DNA from: Phoronis australis
Lineage: Eukaryota; Animalia; Phoronida
Assembly: GCA_002633005.1 (NCBI GenBank)
Contig: NMRA01000848.1
Coordinates: forward strand, 15,257 to 79,256
Reading direction: 5' to 3'
Length of the DNA stretch: 64,000 nt
Positions within the stretch are counted from its first letter, which is position 1. Every line of letters begins with the position of its first letter. The notes below the pieces were generated by a model. It was given only the letters and a program-made list of their open reading frames with translations, had not been told where the DNA came from and ran no database searches. A program made the position numbers and the translations under genes. Shown here in pieces: positions 1-11,644 of this stretch.

Positions 1-740
1 AAATGGAGGTGATAACCAGAAAAAGTAACAAAATTCACAAAGTTTGACATAGGTGCTAAGGGAAAACAATGTAGTCACCACAGAGATTCTAATGTTCCTC
101 CCACTTTCCTAGAAATAATTTAAAATGCATTTTAGAATATAGTTAAATGCTAATATACCTTAATGCCTAAGTTTAAACAGTCTGGACTTGTATCAATACC
201 TATTATCGACCTGGCTGCTGCTTGAATTGGCCACTGATTTGTTTACAAAGGTTCAAGGTCTCAGTTTCCATATAAGGGAAATGTGCTACGTCTACATGTA
301 TGTATTGTGATATTAAATAAGGAGACGTCCTTTGCCTTGAGCGAGAAAAAATCGACGAAGTGACGAGCAGTTGATAGATCGTTTTTGCAAATTTGAATCT
401 TATAGAAAATGCTTTGACATCAACAGCATTTTATTTTTTTTTTTACGAACCAGCCAAATCAATACATAATAAAGAGGTATAATTCTGTTTCAGGGTCAGA
501 GAAACACTTTGAATTTTACAATTTAGCCTGATTTTCGTGTTCCATGCCTCTTTAATGAATTAAATGGTATAAACAAAGCTTCAACTGACGGAAATCAAGC
601 GATAAATATGGAAAGAGAGCCAGAAGAAATGTGTGGAAAGGAGTGAATTAAATGTGTGCATGTGCATTCTTGTGAGTGCGTGTGCGTGTGTGTGTGTTAG
701 TGGGTGTGCATGCAGGACAGTTCTATCATATGAATATATA

Positions 741-742
<2 letters not shown>

Positions 743-838
<96 letters not shown>

Positions 839-855
839 TTTGTGTGTGTGTGTGT
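743..855. repeat. (TG)n microsatellite
   Basis: Long, nearly pure TG run; explains the CV/TH-repeat ORFs at 633-984. Confidence 0.97.
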
Positions 856-877
856 CAGTATTATTCGGTAGTAGCCC

Positions 878-2243
878 TTCGTTAAAGACACGACTAGACT
901 TTTTGTTAGCGAGCTTGATACTGGCACGTTCGTAATTGACCTATCGCAAGCCCCGCCCCTTGCGTAATGTCGAGAAACAAACAATAAGTTTTACCCGGCA
1001 ACGTCTTGTTTGTCGGGTAAAATGGCGGCTTAGAAACGAAGGTATGTCAAGAATGCTGCGTTCTGATTGGTCACTTAAGCAGTCACTCAGGATCTTGGCG
1101 ATAGGTCAATTGTCTCCTTTCTTCTCGTGCACAGGTATGAAGTAAAAGACCGAGAGACATTACAAATAAACAAATAAAAAACCGTAGCTATACTTCGTGA
1201 CGTCATGTCACATCATCAGGCAATGAGTGGAATGAACATACAGTATACAGTATACAGAGCGAAATAAACAGTGAAATACACGTGACAGCGAGAAGAGGGG
1301 CATACAAGCAGAGAGTGTAAATGCAACACACTGTAGGAAGCCCGCAACCCTATCGAAACAGAACCAGCGTGCGATGTACGTGAGCTCTTCATTCAACACA
1401 AGTTTTTCGTGACTGATCAATATATCAGTGTATTATAAGAACTGTATGTCTAACAATTATCTGAGTGAAGAACATGTGCTTAAGAAAATTGTATGGGATA
1501 ACGTTAAGATGGTCAAAACTGGTGATATATTGAATGTATTCATTTATTATCAGAATATGAAGTAACGTCACCTTGTCATGACAAACAACCCCAGTCGTGA
1601 AGGCTACGACCAGTGGCCAAATGTAATGTTGTTTACCAATTCACATGTCATATGGACGAATGTCTTCGTCCTCATTCTCGTGAACAGCGTTACACTGGAC
1701 ACGTGGTGTGTTCTCTCTCGCAAACGCTGTCCATGCACTTGCAAGGGAGGGGTCCATTTGAGATCACTTTGTACACCAACATGGCAGAAAAATAACTACG
1801 CAAGAAATAGTAGACAATACCATCATTCGCTATGTTGAAAATGACATATTTCGGCTAAAGATTTTGTAATCGCTATTAATGAGGCACGAAAAACCCCTGT
1901 TGAATGAATACATTGTAGTTCACAGCTGTGTATCACACGCTGGCTCAGTTTCGATAGGGTTGGGGGCTTCCTAAGTGTGTTGCAATCACACTCTCTGCTT
2001 GGGCCTCTTCCCGCTATCACGTGTATTTCACTGTTTAATTCTCTCTGCATACGTTCATTCCATTCATTGCCTGATTATGTGACATGAAGTCATGAAATAT
2101 AGCTATTGTTTTTATTTTTTTTGTTATGTCTCTCTGTCTTTTAGTTCATACCTGCACACCAGAAGAATGGAGAGTGTTCTGAAAGTACGAACGTACCAGT
2201 ATCAAGCTCGCTAACGAAAGTCTAGTCGTGTCTTTAACGAAGT
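878..2243. mobile_element. Foldback/TIR element with long diverged inverted arms
   Basis: 878-933 plus ~1127-1385 is the reverse complement of ~1920-2243 (e.g. CGTTAAAGACACGACTAGACT vs AGTCTAGTCGTGTCTTTAACG). The left arm is interrupted by the MITE at 934-1111. Confidence 0.7.
934..1111 (+). mobile_element. MITE family A, copy 1
   Basis: TIRs AATTGACCTATCGC ... GCGATAGGTCAATT; homologous copies at 12502-12682 and 27515-27692. Confidence 0.85.
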
Positions 2244-5125
2244 TTATATATGTGTGTGTGGGGAGGTGTATGTGAATAGGAACATTTATGAAAATCCAGT
2301 TGTGCCGGACATGAAACAATCTTTTCCGAATACCTGTCTTTGGTCTTGGCTGAACCTGAACTTCGGTCTTAGACAATTCTTTGTTCTTGGAATGTAAGTC
2401 TTAACACTTTTCATGAAGCGCCGTAATGAAAGTGAAGCATACCTTCGTCAGTTGAATGCGATAGAGTTATGCTCGTTGAGACACAATTTTCACGGTGAGA
2501 ATTTGGACGAAGATAGTTTGTCAGAACTTGATCATGTTTTTCGGGTATAGGTGTGTGTAAAGCAGGAGTGTCGCGCTGACGTTCTCAATGACACATTCCG
2601 CTGTAGTGGTCACGTGGTGAGTTTCTTTAGACTTTTTCCGCCAAGAGCTCTTGATGTGTCTAATTTCCTCAGCAGTAGATTGTCCCACTTAGATTTTTGA
2701 CAGGTGCATACAATGTAACTCTAGTAAACAAAATTTATCCGTCGGACTACACCAAGCACACAATATATCTTTCTAGAGTCATTGTGCAATGAATACGTAT
2801 AATTTCGATCGATTTCTCAGAATACTGTAAATATAATTCATTAAAGGAGAATGCCACGCTATTTAGTCGGTCTATATCCATATCACCTCATATACAGTCC
2901 ATATCACGTCGCCTGGAGGTGTCGCGTTAACCTGTGAGAGAGATTAGTACACGTCACAGCGAAGTGTTTCATCTGAGTGTGTGCCGTTATGTTGTGGCGT
3001 ATCGTTCCCGCTTGTGTGAACCATGAAGCTACAAGGAAAGCGGATGTGTCAATTTTTCGATATCCTCGAGAACCCGAAATGTTTTAGAAGTGGTTCCCAG
3101 CAGCAGAAAACGAAAAGTACGCCGTTAATACCAAGGACGAGGCCGTGAAATATCTCGATCCTTCTCTGTGGCCGGCATTGTTCTGTTTCAAAATAAATTA
3201 TTCTCATATTAGCCTAACTAATGTTTATATCAAACTGAAACAACGTGTCAAAGTCTGTCTCAGCAGATACAATTTGTAATGCCTTAGAAGTGTTCGAGAG
3301 TCTGTAAATGTTTTGAGAAATCAGCAATGAATAAATTATACTGCGTTACCGGCTTCAGATGCAATAAGCTAATTAACCGGGCGCCCGCCCGTGTGAGGGC
3401 ATGCTAATGCAGTGTTTGTTGACTGAAAGCTNGGGTCCATTCGAGATCACTTTGTACACCAACATGGCAGAAAAATAACTATGCAAGGAATAGTAGACAA
3501 TACCATCATTCGCTATGTTGAAAATGACATATTTCGGCTAAAGATTTTGGAATCGCTATTAATGAGGCACGAAAAACCCCTGTTGAATGAATAGTTCACA
3601 GCTGTGTATCACACGCTGGCTCAATTTAGATCGGGTTGCGGTCTTCCTACAGTGTGTTGCATTCACACTCTCTGGTTGTATGCCCCTCTTCCCGCTATCA
3701 CGTGTATTTCACTGTTTAATTATCTCTGCATACGTTCATTCCGCTCACTGCCCGACGATGTGACATGAAGTCACGAAATGTAGCTACTGTTTTTATTTTT
3801 TGTGTTATGACTCTCTGTCTTTAAGTTCATACCTGCACACCAGAAGAATGGAAACTGTTCCGAAAGTACGAACGTGCCAGTATCAAGCTCGCTAAAAAGT
3901 CTAGTCGTGTCTTTAACGAAGTTTATGTAATTATATACATGTATATTTGTGGGGGGTATGTGAATAGGAACATTTATGAAAATCCAGCTGTGCAGGACAA
4001 GAACCAACGTTTTCCGAATACCTGTCTTTGGTCTTGGCTGAGCCTGAACTTCGGTCTTAGACAATTATTTGTTCTTGGAACGTAAGTCTTAACACTTTTC
4101 ATGAAGCGCCGTAATGAAAATGAAGCATACATGTACTTTCGTCAGTTGAATGCAATAGAGTTACGCTCGTTGAGACACTATTGTCACGGTGAAAATTTGG
4201 ACGAAGATAGTTTGTTAGAACTTGACCATGTCTTTCGGATATAGGTGTGTGTAAAGCAGGAGTGTCGCGCTGACGTTCTCAATGACACATTCCGCTGTAG
4301 TGGTCACGTGGTGAGTTTCTTTAGACTTTTTCCGCCAAGAGCTCTTGATGTGTCTAATTTCCTCAGCAGTAGATTGTCCCACTTAGATTTTTGACAGGTG
4401 CATACAATGTAACTCTAGTAAACAAAATTTATCCGTCGGACTACACCAAGCACACAATATATCTTTCTAGAGTCATTGTGCAATGAATACGTATAATTTC
4501 GATCGATTTCTCAGAATACTGTAAATATAATTCATTAAAGGAGAATGCCACGCTATTTAGTCGGTCTATATCCATATCACCTCATATACAGTCCATATCA
4601 CGTCGCCTGGAGGTGTCGCGTTAACCTGTGAGAGAGATTAGTACACGTCACAGCGAAGTGTTTCATCTGAGTGTGTGCCGTTATGTTGTGGCGTATCGTT
4701 CCCGCTTGTGTGAACCATGAAGCTACAAGGAAAGCGGATGTGTCAATTTTTCGATATCCTCGAGAACCCGAAATGTTTTAGAAGTGGTTCCCAGCAGCAG
4801 AAAACGAAAAGTACGCCGTTAATACCAAGGACGAGGCCGTGAAATATCTCGATCCTTCTCTGTGGCCGGCATTGTTCTGTTTCAAAATAAATTATTTTCA
4901 TATTAGCCTAACTAATGTTTATATCAAACTGAAACAACGTGTCAAAGTCTGTCTCAGCAGATACAATTTGTAATGCCTTAGAAGTGTTCGAGAGTCTGTA
5001 AATGTTTTGAGAAATCAGCAATGAATAAATTATACTGCGTTACCGGCTTCAGATGCAATAAGCTAATTAACCGGGCGCCCGCCCGTGTGAGGGCATGCTA
5101 ATGCAGTGTTTGTTGACTGAAAGCT
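1750..5125. repeat. Direct duplication of ~1.7 kb across a single N (1750-3431 / 3433-5125); probable haplotype overlap
   Basis: Copies abut at the N at 3432. The 5' parts differ by SNPs and indels; the 3' ~900 bp look essentially identical. Confidence 0.85.
2841..3125 (+). mobile_element. Decayed Kolobok-like end with THAP-domain remnant (repeated at ~4535-4815)
   Basis: TTAA|AGG terminus at 2841; 2989-3120 reads MLWRIVPACVNHEATRKADVSIFRYPREPEMF*KWF, matching the THAP N-terminus pattern C-x-VPxC-xN...(F/Y)P...W. Confidence 0.5.
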
Positions 5126-5936
5126 ATTGTGTGGTCAGAGGTTAGGGCAATCTATATATTATTCAAACCAGTGTACCTTTTCCCTGTATGGTTCTGCAGA
5201 AGGGGAACCTGGCTTGGCGGCCCCCAACGAGTAAGTAGACTTCCATTTCGCGGCGAATTCACCAAAATATTCAAGTGCACGTGATTTTTTTTGCTTCACT
5301 AGTCTAGTCATTTTGTGACTGGAAGTTTAGTTTTCAACTTTCGCAGCCGACTAACCCGACTGGTTTATATTCGTAATTTCTCCAGTCCGGCTGCGACGGG
5401 CCTAATCGGGAACGAAGACACTGGGTTAGAATGGGGGTTTTGAAACAGTTTCCAAGTCTGAAATTACTACATACAGCTGTGCTCTCCTGTCTTTATTTCA
5501 CGGAAGCATAATTCAAATTTACCACCGAACAGACTCCAAACTTCCCGCGACCCACCGCGGAAAGTTGGCTATCCGAACTTCTTATTTTGGGCTATGGTAC
5601 GTTACGTGCTTAAAATTTCAATGCGTTTGAAATGATTTTACATCTAATTTTGATGATTTATTGGTGTAAAACGATAAATTCAAGCGATATACTGACACCA
5701 GTATGCGTCTGGGGAACTGCTGAACAGACTGTATTAGAACTTTTGACGTCATTGGTTAATTTCAACACCTCCATCTGCCGTCTATTGTCAAGTAAAAAAT
5801 GATCTTGCTGTCATAGAATGGAACTACTCGATCTAAATTGATACAAAATACCTTGTTTTGGTGGTATTCTCCTTTACCGTCTCCCCACAAGTGTTTTTTT
5901 TTTTCAAACAGAGATTGCAACTTTCTATCGCCGCAG

Positions 5937-6101
5937 GCCAGAAGTAGTTCCTGTATGAATGGTCGACTAGACGGCGGGGAGGAATGTGACTGTGGCACAC
6001 CTCGAGAGTGTACGAATAAATGCTGTGACCCGTGCACGTGCAAAATGACTTTACATGTGCAATGTGCGCATGGGAATTGTTGCGATTTGGACACGTGCCA
6101 G
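5937..6101 (+). CDS. ADAM-like gene A, exon: disintegrin N-half
   Basis: cag|[55 protein letters not shown]|gt, phase 0-0; GEECDCG is the ADAM disintegrin hallmark. Confidence 0.92.
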
Positions 6102-6267
6102 GTACTGGATGCTTGTATTCAGCAATGCATGATGAAGGGAGGGGTTGTTGTGAGTTAGTGTTGCAAGGGCGACACTATAAGTAAGTGTCGGTGCGGCAAT
6201 ATGTGTAGTAAGCACTAGTACACAACTGTGTTAAGCCTCTGTGTTCAGGGGTAGCGTATGCCGAGAT

Positions 6268-6340
6268 CATGCCCCGCATGGGAATCGAACCAGCGACCCG
6301 GATAGTACCGACAAACGTGCTAATCAGAGTGAGTGGCTAA
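6268..6340 (-). repeat. tRNA-derived SINE-like head fragment
   Basis: Minus strand has B-box GGTTCGATTCCC with a degenerate A-box upstream; no intact cloverleaf seen. Confidence 0.4.
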
Positions 6341-6379
6341 CAGACGAGACTCATATGATTCAAAAGAAGCACGTCTAGA

Positions 6380-8750
6380 ACATGTCTTCTTTTCCTACGC
6401 AAGAGGCTTGCAATCAGGAATGTGAAAACTTGTCTCACATATTTCCTTTGTATCTTTACTACCACAACGCAGGTCAACAGAAGGGTTTCTTTCATGCAAG
6501 TCATCAGCTCCCGGAACTTTTACCATCACTGCACCATGCGCGCCGTCTGAGGTGCGAGGGTGCTACGTGGCAGTGCTTTTGCGGTATATCATCCATTTGC
6601 TGGCTACGCCATTTGTCTACGGACTTAAAATGTCAAATTCTTGGCCACACACATTGTTTCGTGACAGAAAATATCAAACACTTGCCCCCCACATCTCCAC
6701 TCTTGTTGGTTGTGTTATTGTTGTTGGTTGGTATTGGGTCGTAAAGGATTTTTTCTCAGTAGCTGTCGCTTCATTCGACGTCATGGCTGGGCAACTGGCC
6801 ACTGAATCTGAAAGCCTGTAAAGAAAGGTGCCCACGATTTCTTGCATTTGGACACACAGATTACGCACTCTGGATTCCTGTTTTCTTGAGAAATATGGCA
6901 CAACTTTCAGAGCCCCACCTTTCAGTGCATGAAGCTTTCATGGAAGGTAACTTAATTTTTCAACGTATCGACAGTAAATATTCTTTGATGACTCTTGACC
7001 AGGGCCAAGAGCACAGCATCAAGTTCTTGAAAGAAAGCAGTGGTTCAAAGGGACTCTGTGGCCAACAAGAAGAAAGGAAATGATTGAGCTTTCAAAGCCA
7101 GAAGTGCTAAAGGTAACTGACGAGTAAGAGGATGCATGCTTGTTTACGTCTAGATGCACAATTTGGAGCAACCTGAACCTTCCATTGCTGAAAAAAAAAA
7201 CATATTCCTCAAATACTTCAAAGCTCGATGCGACTTTGTGAAGGAAGGTCAAGTTGTCAATTCATTCAAGGATAATGCCTCAGATATCATTACTTTGGAC
7301 ACTGGTGAGATCATGAACCCTTAAACCATCAACTGGTCAAATCAAATTTACATTGTTTGTAATAGCCAGAACTGAAATTGCTACCAAACAGTTGTCTGAT
7401 ATCACCCCAAGCACCAACTTGTTTTCTTTCGCCAACAGACCAATCAAAAGCTAGGATCTGCCAAATTGAATCCGGCTCTCTTCACCAAGATGTTTATGTC
7501 ACTCCAAGTACGTCCCCATGCAGAGAATTTAGAATTTTTCAATCACAAAAATCAGCGTGACCCCCTCGTTCTAATGCGATGGATGTATACTTCGGTCAGG
7601 AACCAAGTCTGATATTCTTGCATGTCTGCCTGGCATGCCTGTTCCTGGCCCATCTCTAGTAATCAATGATGCTTGTGGTTCTCGACATGACCTCCATAAT
7701 GCGTATCCTAAAACTCCAGCGTGCAAAAGTTTTTGGGGGAGTATACACAGACGCAATTGCTGCCACACTTACAAAGCCAGATAGCAGGCAACACTAGAAG
7801 AGTGAATGAAGTCTGGGAAACATACCCAGAGGATTGTCTGAAGTCACAGACTCGTGTTAAGCGTGGTGGGACTAGAATGCTACGAACACGGGTATCTGCT
7901 AAGAAACGTCAGTGGCAGACATTCCTCAAAAATTGTCAAATCAGCTGAGGACAGCTCTTCCAGTTCATGAACCACCACTTTCTGAGTAGTAACACAGCTG
8001 ATTCACTGCACCAATTTCTTAAAACAAAGGCCGACCTAGTGCTCAGCAACTAACCAACAAACGCAAGAGCACCGTTCGCATGTCAACAGGAAGAAGCTTA
8101 TACGATGGTGATGCTGCATTTGCAACATGCAGCTGTTCAACGTCAACCCGATGCTTACCTTAGGACCAATTGGAAGTGAAGACGAGGTTGTGCTAGCTGT
8201 CAACTGCTTTCACGAGATAAGCATATCAGAGAAAAAACTATAAATATATTCCTATCTACCAAATCTCGCGAATCCTTGGGCAGAAGAAATGAGGAGCACT
8301 CCCACTCTATCACGCACTCACTGACAGGTTGTGATATCGTCTCGACAATCTTCAGGATTGGAAAAAGAAGTGCATGAAATGCTTGCGCTGGTTCCCCTCA
8401 GGTCACAAATACTTTCATTGCCGTTACTCATGACTAAACCATCCTCACACTTCACTTAATTCGTATGCGACACCTTTAGCGCTGAATAGAACTATTGTAC
8501 AGTAAGAACTGTGGAACACATTCTGTGAATGAAGTGAGAAGGGAAAATTCTGCATACAATGTTCCAGGATGCTCACGGCATTGCAGAATATTCCAAAACG
8601 AGGTTGTAGCAAGTTGAATGGGAGGAGATGAGTGGTGATTGCCATAACAACGCCTGATGCCAGACACACATTAACGAGAGAATACAAGAATATTTGGGAT
8701 ACTTATGCAGTGCTTTACTCCCTCCAGCTTCCAGTAACCCGACAACTTGA
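6380..8750 (+). mobile_element. Decayed Academ (AcademX-type) DNA transposon coding remnant in an ADAM intron
   Basis: Broken frames give HEAFMEGNL..QR...YS...LDQGQEH..K...G..GL, then W+TY...LKS.TR.KRG...WQTFLKN, QEEAYTMVMLHL.HAA and ALP.YHAL-TGCDIVS.IF.IGK (XPG/FEN1-like nuclease motifs). Ends not resolved. Confidence 0.7.
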
Positions 8751-9993
8751 ACGTTTTACAATTTCCTATAACATCTGCTTCATCTACCGAAAGAAACTGT
8801 CGTTGTTGTTGGGATCATTGCGCACTTTCAATTTTAAGCTGTTAACGTCAAATTAAGGTAAACATTGGTGCGCCATACAAAATGTAGGTTTTTTTCCAGC
8901 GCCATGTCCATCATAGCGAAGCCATCTTAACCTAGAAAAATTGTACACTTGCCTTAATTTGTGACTGAGTTCTTACGTGCACCAAACAATCAAATTTTGC
9001 AATACACGTATGTGAAACAGGAAATCTCAATGTGATATTCATGTTCCGACCCAGTGCTTTTGTCCACATAATGGGTAGAGGTGTCGGCGCACATTCAAAG
9101 TCCATACCATTGCAAAATTTGGGGTTTCAGGCAACTGGAAACCCGACATCATACTCACTAGATGACGAAGTCCCCCAGCCCATTTCTGTCAAGACACAGT
9201 GCATACAAGTATACAGAGGGCTCGGGAACCGGCCTCCTCCACAATCTACGCCGGCAGCATGATTTGGAGACCACGCTGACATATTCATAAGAAATATTCG
9301 GTCGATCTCCCTGACGACGACAGAGATCCGGTAGTGCAAGGTGTGACAAATATTTTTTGCGTACAATCATGTACGAATGAAAATGCTTCCTAGAGGTGGT
9401 TCTCTGATCCCACTATCAGTACTGTTCGAGATACAAGTATAAGTGCTGCTACCACTGTTGTTGTAACTGGAAAGCAAAATGTGTTCTCTCGTTAAAGTTC
9501 GGATTAAAGCGGCATGATACCGTGGTCCGTCCGAGAGGCAACTTTTTTAATCAGACTACCTCCCGCTATAACATTGGACTCAACGTGCTATTTATCATAA
9601 GAGGCGTGATTTTTGGGTTTCCAAAAAACTCAGTGTTAGTTATTACGTGAGACAAGTGTTTGGCACAAAAAAATCACACGCACTGACAATCAACTACATG
9701 CACCAACCTATAAAGCCTGGTCACAAGCAACAACTTTCTGTTCTTTTGAAATCGCGTACTGCTCTCTATTGTGCCTAAGATAGGGATTAACGTCACTTTC
9801 ATGACGCTAAGCGATCTAAATCGAAAGTCATGTGGTTTTGAAATTTCGACCAGGACTGAGTTGCATCAAGCTTAAAAAGTTATCCGCTGGATAAGTTTAA
9901 TTGTTGCATGATGCCAGGTGCATTGTTCAACAATATCAACGTGAAGCGTGACAATGCGACGCCATACGGCGTATAACTTTTATGCAACAGGGC

Positions 9994-10408
9994 CCTGGGC
10001 CCGGTCTCTAATCTTTGTACTCGAAACGAACTCGAAACTATTTTTGGGAATTTCTCTGTTCCTTTTGTGCGAACTTAAGATAATTGGTTATCAGACTGTA
10101 CTCGAATACATTATACATGTAGTTTATGCATAGGAGTTTCTAGTTCAAGTTTGCCCTTGAAGACCCTTATATTCGTGCTACAAACTCGAGTAAAAACTCG
10201 AAATTTCGAGTTCAAACTCGAACTTATTGCTTTAATATTGGGTTTACAAACTTTGAACTAAGGACAATAAATTACCTACGTAAGTTATTGTGTACTCGAG
10301 CATAGAATAATAGACACTTATCTTGATTTCTCCCAAAAGTAGAGTAGAAAATGCCAAACCTAATTTCGAGTTCCATTTCGAGTAAAAAGATTGGAGACCG
10401 GGCCCAGG
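9994..10408. mobile_element. Palindromic MITE (~415 bp)
   Basis: TIR CCTGGGCCCGGTCTC(T/C)AATCTTT(G/T)TACTCGAAA at both ends; imperfect symmetry continues inward. Confidence 0.85.
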
Positions 10409-10567
10409 TTTATAATTGCTGCTACTCCAAGTTTGTGTCATTCAGTCGGACAAGAATACGACAGAAAGTAAAGACGTGTTGACCCTACACTCAGGCAGAA
10501 TCGCCCAGAACGTCCAGCCTCTATTACTGCCTGTTACATATACCATTCTTTTCCTGTAAACGTATAG

Positions 10568-10699
10568 TACAAACGGCGAGGTGACGAATGCAGACCGACT
10601 ACAGAACTCTGCGACTTACCTGAATACTGCAGCGGACGCTCAAATAATTGTCCTCCCGATCGACACAAGCAGGATGGAACTACATGCGACGACAAAAAG
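10568..10699 (+). CDS. ADAM-like gene A, exon: disintegrin C-half
   Basis: tag|YKRRGDECRPTTELCDLPEYCSGRSNNCPPDRHKQDGTTCDDKK|gcaagt. CDLPEYC disintegrin loop; GC donor; not in the ORF track. Confidence 0.9.
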
Positions 10700-10902
10700 G
10701 CAAGTATAGAGGACCGTTCGTTTACAACTTTAACGGTATGAAGCATAGACGTTTGCAGGCCAATGAACGTTTTGTGCCGTAACTGATGTCTTCAATGTAT
10801 GGAATCACTTACTACCTTCGTCTAAAGGTAATGCTATATATTGAGACTAGATGTGGACAAAGTTGACAATCGTAAAACGATTAAATATTCCCCCTTTTGC
10901 AG

Positions 10903-10971
10903 ATTTGTGAAAATAGAAGATGTCTTCCAAAGAGGGTGCTTGCGCCTGTGTGTGACTGCAACGGTCACGGG
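10903..10971 (+). CDS. ADAM-like gene A, exon: end of Cys-rich region / start of EGF
   Basis: ttttgcag|ICENRRCLPKRVLAPVCDCNGHG|gtaaag, phase 0-0. Confidence 0.85.
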
Positions 10972-11380
10972 GTAAAGTTTAAACCTTTGTCAGCATGCAT
11001 TACATTGACGGTGTCGTTAGGCTGATAACATACTGTACCATGCCATGCCATGACATGACATACGTATGCTATTTATGTTAGGTAGACGACGGAAAGTCGC
11101 TAAACTGCGGGTACCCTACAGTAGCCACTGGAGAAAGAACAACCAACAGTTTGATGCCTTGCTTGTTCAAAGTTCCCTGGCAAAGTCATAAAATGACAAT
11201 TGCCGACTGAGGATACGCATAATCCAAATCGGTCGGCTAGACGGCCAGTTTGCCGACCTAACTGCCGACCGCATAAGTGCTTCAGCTGACGGCTCCTAAC
11301 AGACCGTCGCTGGTGGTCTAGACGACCGGTCATTGACAGATTTCCGACCGGTCGGACAAACATTCGTAATATGTACTGTG

Positions 11381-11458
11381 CATACATACATACATACATA
11401 TATACATACATACATACATACATACATACATACATACATACATACATGTACACATACA
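11381..11458. repeat. (CATA)n microsatellite
   Basis: Tandem CATA run. Confidence 0.95.
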
Positions 11459-11644
11459 TTCATATAGAAAAAAAATATCAAATGGATTCGTATTTTTTGT
11501 TTTGATCACGTCACTCGCCATCGAATTTCATTTTGCTTTCTTCGCAAATGGATACTGGCCATCTCAAAACTCTTGCACTTGTAATTAAACGTGATGCCAT
11601 GTTAGCGAGAGTAACATTACATTTTGGAGTTGCAAGACCCATCA

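Noticed and set aside
633-984. ORFs rich in CV or TH repeats
   Set aside because: Translations of the (TG)n microsatellite.
11100-11521. MYVC-repeat ORFs
   Set aside because: Translations of the (CATA)n microsatellite.
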